The notes under the pieces were generated by a model. It saw nothing but the letters and a program-made list of their open reading frames with translations. It did not search any database and was not told where the DNA came from. Below, one piece after another: positions 36,533-47,852 of a stretch of DNA of 64,000 bases; positions within the stretch are counted from its first letter, which is position 1; each line of letters opens with the position of its first letter. The stretch spans positions 15,314,001-15,378,000 of the forward strand of contig CATNEN010000038.1 in assembly GCA_950097015.1 (NCBI GenBank), read 5' to 3'. The DNA is from Macrostomum hystrix (Eukaryota; Animalia; Platyhelminthes). The position numbers and the translations under genes are program-made.

Positions 36533-36645
36533 GGGGAAAGACCACGGGCTATTTCAAATACACACTGCCTACTACTGCACGATAGCTCCCAAACCGAATG
36601 TCCGAATTTCGTGAAAGTCCAACATTTGAATCAACATTTTCTGTT
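36533..36645 (+). repeat. Dispersed repeat family C, partial
   Basis: GGAAAGACCACGGGCTATTTCAAATACACACTGCCTAC..GATAGCTCCCAAACCGAATG. Confidence 0.7.
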
Positions 36646-37199
36646 GTTGTTTGCCCAGAAGGGGGGCAAAACTTGCTAATTTAATCTAACTTCGATAAAG
36701 CTAAACAACCTTAGAAATGTAGCAAAAATAAAAAACAAAACGTTCACCTTATAAAAAAGGTGTGACTTACAATTTAGACTTTGTTTTTCTGCATCGTTTT
36801 TCAATGCGAAGGTGGTGCTTTTGTGCGAAATTAAAACCAATGTAGCACTGTTATTTCACTTTTATTTTACACCGTCGATTTGCATTGCCTTGTTAATGGC
36901 AAGGGTGACATTTCGCTTTATTCGCTTCGCAGTCTTCGACTCATTCACGCATAAACAAAAGAATGTCAGTACGTTTTCGAATGCCTTTTTCACACTTTAG
37001 GGCGGTTAAAATGTGCTTTTTTCTTTCGCCTATAAAAGATCGAATCTCAGCTGAAGGGGAAGCTAAAACTCTTCCGGTAGCAACACCCATTTCCCCATTT
37101 ACTGTCAGATGGGTATTACACAAAAAATTGTGTGGGTGTAGCCGCCGACCCAGTCCACGGACTGAACAGATTTACACCGTCCGACTTTGGAAGCGACTT

Positions 37200-37512
37200 A
37201 TGGCACATCATTTAGTGACATTAGACCTACAGCCAGCGAGGAGGCAATTCTGCCCATTTCGCTGACTCCTGAGCACACACGCACACAGATACTGTACGCA
37301 GGCACACATGTATGTACATCTGCCCTGACTTTCTCATCCTCAGGCAGTGTACACTTTCACTACACTTTCACTTGAAGGTTGGCCCTCAAGGGCGTAAATT
37401 GCACGACAAACCCCTTAGCCTTCTCTCCGCGGCTGCGCCCAAATGAATGTGGCCTCGCCGCGGAATCGAGCTCAGGTACCTTGGTGCGAGAGGCAAACGT
37501 GCCACTCACCCC
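37200..37512 (-). mobile_element. tRNA-derived SINE family A (preceded by a family B 3' fragment at about 37095-37170)
   Basis: Reverse complement is colinear with family A. Confidence 0.85.
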
Positions 37513-38099
37513 CCATGAAGCATAACTTATAAAGTGCACAAAGTAAGTAAGTCGACACAAACGATTTGGTAAGAATTAATTAGTTAATTACTCAGCAATC
37601 GTAAAAAAATAATAACATTTTGTGACATTTTGTGACTTTTGTGAATCTGTGACTTTTAATTGGATCACAAATCATAGATGTTCACTTGCGGAAAAAAAAC
37701 TAAAAAATATATAAAAATCTATATAATGCCACCAAGCTGGACAGATCGGTGATTTCTAAAAAAACACAAAAGAGAACACCAACTGGTTGGCATATAAATA
37801 AATACAAGTGTATATCTACTGATTGGTTGCAACTGTTTTGGGTACTAAAATATGCACGAGCTCGTAATTATAGAAGTTGATAGACTTAATGAGATTGAAA
37901 TTTCAAAGCCTGCTTTTTTAATGTAGTTTACAGTGTGCATAAGGTTTGTGAAAGGTTAACTTATTTATTAATGCAATTTAAATACTGGTTAGAAAACCAT
38001 TTCACATTTCGCTGAACTGAAGCAATGGCGAATTAAGTGTCTGGCTCAAGGACAAGGACCTAGGTGCAGAAATTATACAAATTAAAATCTCTTGGTCGG

Positions 38100-38370
38100 A
38101 TCAATCAATTAACAAACCAATCAATTAACAAACCAATCAATTAACAAACCAATCAATTCACAAACCAATCAATTCACAAACCAATCAATTCACAAACCAA
38201 TCAATTAACAAACCAATCAATTAACAAACCAATCAATTAACAAACCAATCAATTCACAAACCAATCAATTAACAAACCAATCAATTCACAAACCAATCAA
38301 TTCACAAACCAATCAATTCACAAACCAATCAATTCACAAACCAATCAATTCACAAACCAATCAATTCACA
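38100..38370. repeat. 16-bp minisatellite (CAAACCAATCAATTMA)n
   Basis: Directly visible; just downstream of the PDZ gene stop. Confidence 0.95.
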
Positions 38371-38423
38371 TTCGCAATGCAAAACTACATAGTTATGGTC
38401 CCTCAAAGAGTCAGGAATTTGGT

Positions 38424-40140
38424 TCACAGCTCCGACAGTCCGCCGCGACCATCGCCAACGATGTTGTTCGCCAGCGTCGACTGGCCGCGCCCGAAACCCT
38501 CTACGACGAACTTCTCAGCCCTCTGGCGTCGCTTTTCAAGCACCTGGCCGGCCTTGCCCTGGCGCAGCGCCGCGGCTAGGCCGAACGCCTTCGCCGGATC
38601 GTAGTCGGCGTGAGTCAGCCTTGGCGCTGACAGCAGCTCCTGTTCGACAAATTCTGCCACCGTCTTTGGCGGCGTCGGCAGTTGAAGCGCCGCAGCCGAT
38701 AGAGGCACAACGCGACTATCAAAGCTGCCAACAGATGTGTCAATCATGGCGTTGATTGGCTTCAAGCCGTAGCTGCTTAGCGGCTCCGGTCCTTCCACGG
38801 TGAATTTGTCGGCCCTCTGGCGTCGGCCGGCGAACATCCCCGCGCCACGCGAGGATCGATTGGCCGGATCCGTCAGGCTGCGTGCGAGTCGTCGAGCCAT
38901 TCGTTTGCGCTCCTCCACAGTGGGGTAGCCGGGAGTGCCGGCGTAGGCCGAGTCAGCGTAGCGCCGCTTCTGATTGGCTGGCGGTGTGGCAGACACCGAC
39001 GGGGTGGCTTCGCGCACTAGTCGGTTGAATGGAATAGCCGAACCGTTTAGCCCGGCCGCTGCAGGCTGCGGGCCGGAGAATGTGTCTATGGGTAAGCTGG
39101 GATTTTGTCTATGGGTGAGCTGGGATTGTGTCTACGGGTGAGCTGGGATTGTGTCTACGGGTGAGCTGGGATTGTGTCTACGGGTGAGCTGGGATTGTGT
39201 CTACGGGTGAGCTGGGATTGTGTCTATGGGTGAGCTGGGATTGTGTCTATGGGTGAGCTGGGATTTTGTCTACGGGTGAGCTGGGATTGTGTCTATGGGT
39301 GAGCTGGGATTGTGTCTATGGGTGAGCTGGGATTGTGTCTACTGGTGAGCTGGGATTGTGTCTATTGGTGAGCTAGGATTGTGTCTATGGGTGAGCTGGG
39401 ATTGTGTCTATTGGTGAGCTGGGATTGTGTCTATGGGTGAGCTGGGATTGTGTCTATGGGTGAGCTGGGATTGTGTCTATGGATGAGCTGGGATTGTGTC
39501 TATGGGTGAGCTGGGATTGTGTCTATTGGTGAGCTGGGATTGTGTCTATTGGTGAGCTGGGCTTGTGTCTATGGGTGAGCTGGGATTGTGTCTATGGGTG
39601 AGCTGGGATTGTGTCTATGGGTGACATGTGAATCAGGCGATTCTCTCGCCTCACCTCAGCGAGTAGTTTCCTCAGTGGCAGTTCCGGCACCGGCAGCTCC
39701 TGCACCGGTGTCATCGGCGACTCCTGAACGTTGTCGCCGTTGTACCAGTCGTTGGCGGCGGCCATCTCGCTCAGGTCGTCCTGCCAGGTTTCGCTGGCGT
39801 CGAAATCACCCAGACTGGAGCCTCCTGTCCAGTCCATTCTGGCATTCGCCGCCGAAGTCCAACGCTCGACGCAGAGGCTCAAGACTCCCGAGCCGCGTCT
39901 TCCGCCGCCGCCGCCGCTGCGTTCGATCAGCTGCGCCGCGAAGGCGTGACTTCGACCGGCGAGGCTGGCTCCGTTCAGCGTCAGCAGCCGGTCACCTTCG
40001 ACTAGACCGGCAGCATGAGCCGGACTTCGTCGACGTATGCGACGTACCCAGAGGCCGGAGCCGCCTCTAAGTCGGAAGCCCCATGGCGGGCCGCCGGAGA
40101 GCAGAAGTTGCAACTGCTGACACTCGGCGACTGAAGACAT
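38424..40140 (-). CDS. PDZ-domain synaptopodin-2/myozenin (calsarcin)-like Z-disc protein (375 aa, 2 exons)
   Basis: Exons 40140-39655 and 39065-38424 (phase 0). PDZ motif LLLSGGPPWGFRLRGG..SPAHAAGLVEGDRLLTLNG; motifs RRLARSLTDPANRSSRGAGMFAGRRQRADKFTVE and GKAGQVLEKRRQRAEKFVVE. Confidence 0.82.
39080..39624. repeat. 23-bp minisatellite (GGGTGAGCTGGGATTGTGTCTAT)n filling the PDZ gene intron
   Basis: Directly visible. Confidence 0.95.
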
Positions 40141-40663
40141 GCCGGCTCAACGCTTAGGAAAATTATCGCGAAAAAATCTGCGCGTGAATCGCAATTTATC
40201 GGTATTCACAGTGAAATCTTTCTGTCCTGAGGGGCATTCCATCCGCAGTACAGATGGGACAGAAGTGCGGGCAGCTGTTGTGGCGCCACTGATTTGCCAC
40301 TGTGGGCTCGCGGAGGACATTACGATATGGTAGCAAAGTTTAGAGGCAGGAAAAGTTTTCTTCCGAGTTTGCCCATCAGCTAGGGGATATAGGATGGGAG
40401 AATAGACACGGGAAGAAAGAGAGAGTTAGAAATCTCTGCGCAATGCCATATGCTGAAAAAGTGCAACCTACATCGCAGCTTCCAATAAGGGGGCCGACTT
40501 AATCGAACAAGCCTTACAAGCTTTCATCCCAGCTGCATGTTCAGCAACATCAGACTGCACGGTGGCATTTGAATGGGGGACATGCAATGTCTGTTCCTGT
40601 AGGTACGATTCGAACTTTTCGGGGCTAAAGGGAAAATTCTTTTAGAATTGGGAACAATTGGGA

Positions 40664-41163
40664 AGTATCAGGGGGTAGATGGGGCAGGAGCTGCACTGAA
40701 TTATCAGGGGGTAGATGGGGCAGGAGCTGCACTGAAGTATCAGGGGGTAGATGGGCAGGAGCTGCACTGAAGTATCAGGGGGTAGATGGGGCAGGAGCTG
40801 CACTAAATTATCAGGGGGTAGATGGGGCAGGAGCTGCACTGAATTATCAGGGGGTAGATGGGGCAGGAGCTGCACTGAGTTATCAGGGGGTAGATGGGGC
40901 AGGAGCTGCACTGAATTATCAGGGGGTAGATGGGGCAGGAGCTGCACTGAATTATCAGGGGGTAGATGGGGCAGGAGCTGCACTGAATTATCAGGGGGTA
41001 GATGGGGCAGGAGCTGCACTGAAGTATCAGGGGGTAGATGGGGCAGGAGCTGCACTGAAGTATCAGGGGGTAGATGGGGTAGGAGCTGCACTGAATTATC
41101 AGGGAGTAGATGGGCAGGAGCTGCGCTGAAGTATCAGGGGGTAGATGGGGCAGGAGCTGCACC
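40664..41163. repeat. 36-bp G-tract minisatellite (AGGGGGTAGATGGGGCAGGAGCTGCACTGAATTATC)n
   Basis: About 14 copies. Confidence 0.95.
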
Positions 41164-41591
41164 GAACCACAATGTCTATCGACCACCATTCTACTAGAAG
41201 CAGAATAAACAAACGGTGACACGACTTTTCCATAAATCCTATGATATAAACTTCCTGCACCGAAATCTAGTTCAACTGGAAATTTAGCAGGCAAATAGGC
41301 CACAGACGCACTACTGATATTAAGTAGGTACTATCGAAAGAGCTCTCGCAATTTAGATATAGTAAATAAAAAGTTTTACTTGTCTAATCATGAAAGTTGA
41401 AGACGCTACTTAAATTAATAGCAAATGAACGTGAATGTGTTGTGGTCTAAATATTTAAGTCAAGTCAGATGTGCTAGTCAGCTAGTGGCATTGATGCAGC
41501 TCTTTAAAAACGTGTCCAAAGATTGCGTCGATCAAGCTGTTCAACGGACTCAAAATTCTACTACGCTCGTAAATTTAATGCCTTAGAGCTC

Positions 41592-41960
41592 GGGGTCGGT
41601 GGCAGAGCGGTTAACGCGTTTGCCTCTCGCACCAAGGTGGTCCCTGAGCTCGATTCCGCGGCGGAGCCACATTCATTTGTGGCATAGCCATGTAGAGAAG
41701 GCTTGGGGGATTGTCGTGCAAATTTCGTCGTTGAGTGCCAACCCCCAAGGCACAGTGAAATGTACACTGCCTGACAATGAGAAAGTCAGGGCAGATGTAC
41801 ACACCTGTGTGAGCGTATGCCTGCGGACAGTATCTGTGTGAGTGTGTGCTCAGGAGTCAGCGAAATGGGCAGAATTGCCTCCTCGCTGGCTGCAGCTGCG
41901 GGTCTAGTGTCACCAAATGACGTGCCATTGCCCGCAGCCATCCTGCAGCTATTATTATCA
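41592..41960 (+). mobile_element. tRNA-derived SINE family A, full length
   Basis: GGGGTCGGTGGCAGAGCGG head through TGCCCGCAGCC..(ATT)n tail. Confidence 0.88.
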
Positions 41961-42179
41961 TGATTTTGCTTTTAGCTTAAAGAATGGAAAATCCAAAATC
42001 CTGCGTTAAGACCACTATCTACAATATCTTCATTTGACGAGATGCTTCTGATTGGCGGTGAGTCTCATGAAATGATTAAGAGTTTAAGGGTGTATATTTT
42101 AATTGGTTTCGGCGTTCCGGATGAGTTTAGATTTGTACAGTTGAATTTAATTTCATTGTGGCCCAGCTGTTTGCAAGAC

Positions 42180-43245
42180 TCAGTCGACGTGGTCGCGATA
42201 CACTTCGTTAGCCTCCGTCGGTTTCATCTGCTGAGCCCATAGCTCATTGGCGTTCTGCTCCTGGGTGATGGTGGCGTCATCGGCCTTGCCAAGTATGTAC
42301 TTGCCCATGCAGGCGCACGCGGAGACGCCGTGAAGGGCGCAGACAGCTCGCACCTTGGCGTCGTACCTGGCGCTTAGGTGTTCCTCTATCTCCTTGTTCC
42401 AGTCGCGCTTCAGAGCCGAATCGTAGGTTGCTATGCCAATGCAGATAGTGAGCAGGGTCATTATACAGGCTGCAAATATTGCCGTGAACACTGCTCTGTA
42501 ACTGTCCTCGTCCTGTGGGCAGAAAAAACCCGTTTAAGATCGCGGGTTCGATTCCTGACTCCCACCGGAACAATTTGAGTCCTTTAGCAGGACACTTAAC
42601 TCTGCATTATTTCTATTCATGTGAAAGCTTCACAAAAGGAACCCACACAGCTCTTTAAATCTTAGCCATAGGAAAGAAATCAAAAGGGGTTCCGGTGGCA
42701 GAGCGGTTGGCTCTCCCGCCAAGGTCCCTGAGCTCGATTCCGCGGCGAGACCACATTCATTTGGGGCGCAGCCGTGGAGAGAAAGTTATGGGGCTTGTCG
42801 TGTAATTTACGTCCTCGAGGGCCAACCTCCAAGGCACAGTGAGAGTGTACATTGCCTGACGATGAGAAAGTCACGGCAGATGCACACACCTGTGTGAGTG
42901 CTTGCCTGCGTACAGTATCTGTGTGCGTGTGTGCTCAGGAGTCAGCAAAATGTGCAGAATTGCCTCCTCGCTGGTTGCGAGTCTTGGGTTACCAAATGAT
43001 GTACCATTACCCGCAGCCCTCCTGCAATTGTTATTATATTGTAAAATTAAATTTTAAACAAATCATAATATGCAGCGTAGTCTAGAGTCTCAACTTACCA
43101 AGTAGTATTTTAACCTCTTGTTAATAATCGTTTGCAATTCTACAACTACAGTCTTCAGGCACTGCTTCTGACAGTCAGCAGGCTGAGCCAAGATTAGTAG
43201 TAGCAAGCAGAAGGAGCTGATGATTAGTATGGGGAACTGACACAT
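42180..43245 (-). CDS. Small single-pass membrane protein of unknown function (159 aa, 2 exons)
   Basis: Exons 43245-43099 and 42512-42180 (phase 0; TTG|GTAAG and CACAG|GAC). Signal peptide MCQFPILIISSFCLLLLILAQPADC; TM VFTAIFAACIMTLLTICIGIATY; Cys/His cluster CALHGVSACAC. Confidence 0.7.
42541..42620 (+). mobile_element. CORE-SINE (family B) fragment, intronic
   Basis: GGGTTCGATTCCTGACTCC..GGAACAATTTGAGTCCTTTAGCAGGACACTTAACTCTGCATT. Confidence 0.7.
42686..43040 (+). mobile_element. tRNA-derived SINE family A (intronic)
   Basis: Colinear with the other copies. Confidence 0.85.
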
Positions 43246-43608
43246 TTCTTTAAACGAATTTTTGCTAAGAAAGTTTTGTCAAGATAATTTACTCGTAAAT
43301 TAAACTGATAAGTTAAACAGATTGCGCTAAACTCGAAACAAAATTTCAGTCGTCACATTATTCTATGGCTAATTATTTTCTAATTAGTTTCTATTTTTAG
43401 CACGCATAGTTCGCGTGATTGCAAAATGCTGGTTGAAGGCAGCTGACCTTGAACAAGAAGTTCAGCCCAACTTAAGAACATACGAGATAAATTACCATAA
43501 ACAACGATAAACGTTTCGTTAATTCTGTGTGCTGAAAAGAGACAAGTAATACAAAAGTCAATCATAGTTTTTATAAGTTTTTCTCTTATTAAATATTAGA
43601 TTTGTGAA

Positions 43609-45176
43609 ATGGATGGCATACTGCAAGAGAAGCGAGGTACCTTTCGGCTTCACTATGCAACCCTGATCAGGTCCATTGGCGTAGCCACCTGGATGCTGCA
43701 CTTTATCTTTCTTATTATGCTGTGCTCCAATTCAAATTTTGAGCTGGACGTGGAAAAAATGACTGAATCTGAGATTTCTATTGTGAGTCCATCTTTTACG
43801 CTCATAATTCGATAATTATAGCTCTGTTTATACCTAATTCTGATTTGATTCATCTATAGGTAGGTGTGCTCCTTGATTTACATGTGTACTTCTTGATAGA
43901 CAGACGTGCTCCATGCTCCTTGATTGACAGGTGTAGCTCATTGATAAACAGGCGTGCTCCGAGCTTGATAGATAGGTGGAATCTATGATTGGCAGGTGTC
44001 TTGAACAAGTGTGATCTTTGAGAGACAGATGTGCTCTTTGATTGACAGATGTACTCTTTGATTGACAGATGCACTCTTTGATTGACAGGTGTACTCTTTG
44101 ATTGACAGGTGTGATCCTTGATTGACAGGTGTTCTCTTTGATTGACAGGTGTGATCCTTGATTGACAGGTGTTCTCTTTGATTGACAGGTGTGCTCTTTG
44201 AGAGACAGATGTGCTCTTTGATTGACAGATGTACTCTTTGATTGACAGATGTACTCTTTGATTTACAGGTGTGCTCCTTGATTGACAGGTGTTCTCTTTG
44301 ATTGACAGGTGTACTCCTTGAGAGACAGATGTGCTCTTTGATTGACAGATGTACTCTTTGATTGACAGATGTACTCTTTGATTTACAGGTGTGCTTGATT
44401 GACAGGTGTTCTCTTTGATTGACAGGTGTACTCCTTGAGAGACATATGTGCTCCTTGATTGACAGGTGTGCTCCTTGATTGACAGGTGTGCTCCTTGATT
44501 GACAGGTGTGCTCCTTGATTGACAGGTGTGCTCCTTGATTGACAGGTGTGCTCCTTAATAGTTTTAACTGAATAAAAGCACAGTTTGATCCATTACAAAC
44601 GCCACTTGTTCACCTCGAGTACTGACAAAGTCAAACATGAGCACCAAATTCCCCTCACCGCAGCGCCAAACTCTAATCGAGTATCGCTCCAAGCGCATGT
44701 ACTATATAGCCGCTGAGGACATAGTGATCTTGTGGAATCTCTTCTTTAGCATCGGACTTGGCAAAGGTAATCGAAATAGAATCTGGGCGTACATGTGGAT
44801 GCACTACATCTGGACTGCTGTTCTGCTGCTTAACTCGGTCATTGTAATTGTGCAGTTTGCAAGTCAGGACATGTCTTATTACATAATTTTTGACGACAGC
44901 TTAAAGGGCGAAGCTCTAACAGCAGTCATCTATTTTATGCTGGGCTTCAATGCCTACCTGCTGGCTTATAACCAGCTGAGAATGCTGCAGCAGCAGCTGA
45001 CTCGGCCTTTCAAACCTGGCTGGATGGTGCGGGGCAAGGCTGCCACCGGCGTAAACACTCTGAATAGTACTGCTGCTTCAGCTTTTAATATTAAATCAGA
45101 TGCTGAGAGCATCTCACGTGTGTCACAGATTCGTCTGGATGACATGAATAATATTCAAGATATGCTGATGGACTAA
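43609..45176 (+). CDS. Small multi-pass (about 4-TM) membrane protein of unknown family (228 aa, 2 exons)
   Basis: Exons 43609-43782 (ATT|GTGAGT) and 44664-45176 (CCGCAG|CGC), phase 0; four hydrophobic stretches. The 5' end may extend further. Confidence 0.68.
43860..44557. repeat. 20-bp minisatellite (TTGATTGACAGGTGTGCTCC)n in intron
   Basis: Directly visible. Confidence 0.93.
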
Positions 45177-45224
45177 TGCGCCAGCAACTGACGACATTGA
45201 TGACACGAGAATGAGGGTAGAGAG

Positions 45225-46135
45225 TAGGGAAGGGAGGGGAGAGAGTGAGGAAGGGAGGGGAGAGAGTGAGGAAGGGAGGGGAGAGAGTGAGGAAGGGAGG
45301 GGAGAGAGTGAGGAAGGGAGGGGAGAGAGTGAGGAAGGGAGGGGAAAGAGTGAGGAAGGGAGGGGAGAGAGTGAGGAAGGGAGGGGAAAGAGTGAGGAAG
45401 GGAGGGGAGAGAGTGAGGAAGGGAGGGGAGAGAGTGAGGAAGGGAGGGGAGAGAGTGAGGAAGGGAGGGGAGAGAGTGAGGAAGGGAGGGGAGAGAGTGA
45501 GGAAGGGAGGGGAGAGAGTGAGGAAGGGAGGGGAGAGAGTGAGGAAGGGAGGGGAAAGAGTGAGGAAGGGAGGGGAGAGAGTGAGGAAGGGAGGGGAGAG
45601 AGTGAGGAAGGGAGGGGAAAGAGTGAGGAAGGGAGGGGAAAGAGTGAGGAAGGGAGGGGAGAGAGTGAGGAAGGGAGGGGAGAGAGTGAGGAAGGGAGGG
45701 GAAAGAGTGAGGAAGGGAGGGGAGAGAGTGAGGAAGGGAGGGGAAAGAGTGAGGAAGGGAGGGGAGAGAGTGAGGAAGGGAGGGGAGAGAGTGAGGAAGG
45801 GAGGGGAAAGAGTGAGGAAGGGAGGGGAGAGAGTGAGGAAGGGAGGGGAAAGAGTGAGGAAGGGAGGGGAGAGAGTGAGGAAGGGAGGGGAGAGAGTGAG
45901 GAAGGGAGGGGAGAGAGTGAGGAAGGGAGGGGAGAGAGTGAGGAAGGGAGGGGAGAGAGTGAGGAAGGGAGGGGAGAGAGTGAGGAAGGGAGGGGAGAGA
46001 GTGAGGAAGGGAGGGGAGAGAGTGAGGAAGGGAGGGGAGAGAGTGAGGAAGGGAGGGGAGAGAGTGAGGAAGGGAGGGGAGAGAGTGAGGAAGGGAGGGG
46101 AGAGAGTGAGGAAGGGAGGGGAGAGAGTGAGGAAC
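45225..46135. repeat. 21-bp purine-rich minisatellite (GAGAGTGAGGAAGGGAGGGGA)n
   Basis: Near-perfect array directly after the stop at 45176. Confidence 0.97.
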
Positions 46136-46852
46136 GTACAGGAGACAGTGAGTGAGGAAGGGAGAACTTTTTTCAGCTACTTATCATGTTTAAAGCTAGT
46201 TATGTATTATCCGTTTTCCGACCAGTTTCCGCTTAGTTAAGTTCAAAGCTTGCTTGATTCAAAGTTGCTGATTAATTGTTAAAAAAATGTTAACGAAATT
46301 TTGCTGGATTGATTTTCCAGTTATGGTCGGAATCCTTTCACAGTAAATCGGTCACAATCCGCGTTTCTATTTTATTGCCATTTGAATAAATGTGTAACAA
46401 TAATGTTTTTAAACAAATAAGTATTTTTTGAAAATCCTCAAAAAACCCTTACTAAAACAATAAAATTAGAATTATTCGAACAGCTAATCGAAAAATAACA
46501 TATGAAGCAAAAATGTGTGTGCCAATGCGGACTTCAATAAGACCGTTTCTTGTTCAACGACCGCTGCTTTATCTGTGCTAAATTCAATGCCACAAGGCCA
46601 GAAATCATTTTCCTTTACAGTCTCAATCTCGGTTTTCAATCTTACCATAGACAATAAACTGAGAACATGTATCTTACAGAGTGTACATTAGTCTCTCCGA
46701 TTCTCTCTCCCAAAGTCAGAAGCAGAGGCGACAGGAAAGCAAGGGTCTGAAGCTGAGCGTGTCTAAATTGAATGATGGATGTCTAAATTGAACATGTGCT
46801 TTGCCTCAGAACTAGAATTTTTACCATAGACAAATCGGTCTCAATGAGGAAG

Positions 46853-47382
46853 TGTTTAAATTGAATATCCACTGTTTAAATTGAATATCTTCTGTTTAAA
46901 TTGAATATCCACTGTTTAAATTGAATATCTTCTGTTTAAATTGAATATCTTCTGTTTAAATTGAATATCTTCTGTTTAAATTGAAAATCTTCTGTTTAGA
47001 TTTATTATCTTCTGTTTAAATTGAATATCTTCAGTTTAAATTGAATATCATCTGTTTAAATTGAATATCCACTGTTTAAATTGAATATCTTCAGTTTAAA
47101 TTGAATATCATCTGTTTAAATTGAATATCCACTGTTTAAATTGAATATCTTCAGTTTAAATTGAATATCATCTGTTTAAATTGAATATCCACTGTTTAAA
47201 TTGATTATCTTCTGTTTAAATTGAATATCTTCTGTTTAAATTGAATATCTTCTGTTTAAATTGAATATCCACTGTTTAAATTGATTATCTTCTGTTTAAA
47301 TTGAAAATCTTCTGTTTAGATTTAATATCTTCTGTTTAAATTGAATATCTTCTGTTTAAATTGAATATCTTCCGTTTAAATT
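46853..47382. repeat. 20-bp AT-rich minisatellite (TGTTTAAATTGAATATCTTC)n
   Basis: Directly visible. Confidence 0.95.
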
Positions 47383-47584
47383 AAAGTCAGTTTTGTCTAA
47401 TTTGAACGTCCAACTGAAGGTATAAACATAGAGTGTCGAAAATGAATGTCAAGTTGTCTAAATTGCAGCGCAGATTTGTTGAAATTGAACGGGAAAAGGT
47501 GTATTTTAAATTGATTAAATTGTAACTTTTTTCATTTTTTAACCAATACGGATTCACAATATTATAGGTTTATGCAGAGCAATG

Positions 47585-47760
47585 TTCATTGTCCTTGTCA
47601 TTAGTGTCTTCGACAACGATCGCTGAATATCTCGACGATATATTCAGAGCAAAAAGTTTGATTCCGATGGTGGACTTTGACGAAAGTCGGTCATTCGATT
47701 TGGGAGCTGTCGCGAAGTAGGCAGTGAGTATTTGAAATTGCCCCGTTGTCTTTCCTTTGT
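47585..47760 (-). repeat. Dispersed repeat family C
   Basis: Aligns with 2388-2580 in the same orientation. Confidence 0.72.
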
Positions 47761-47852
47761 CTTGGGGAAGTAGCATGCTCTTTCTAGCGTTAAGCTATAC
47801 TATAAGGGCAGTTTTAAGTTAATTATAGTCGAACATGGGTTATATTCTCAGT

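Noticed and set aside
42855-42875. CTGACGATGAGAAAG in SINE A as a hammerhead ribozyme core
   Set aside because: Only 3 nt lie between CUGANGA and GAAA (no stem II), and the segment is better explained as a simple hairpin.
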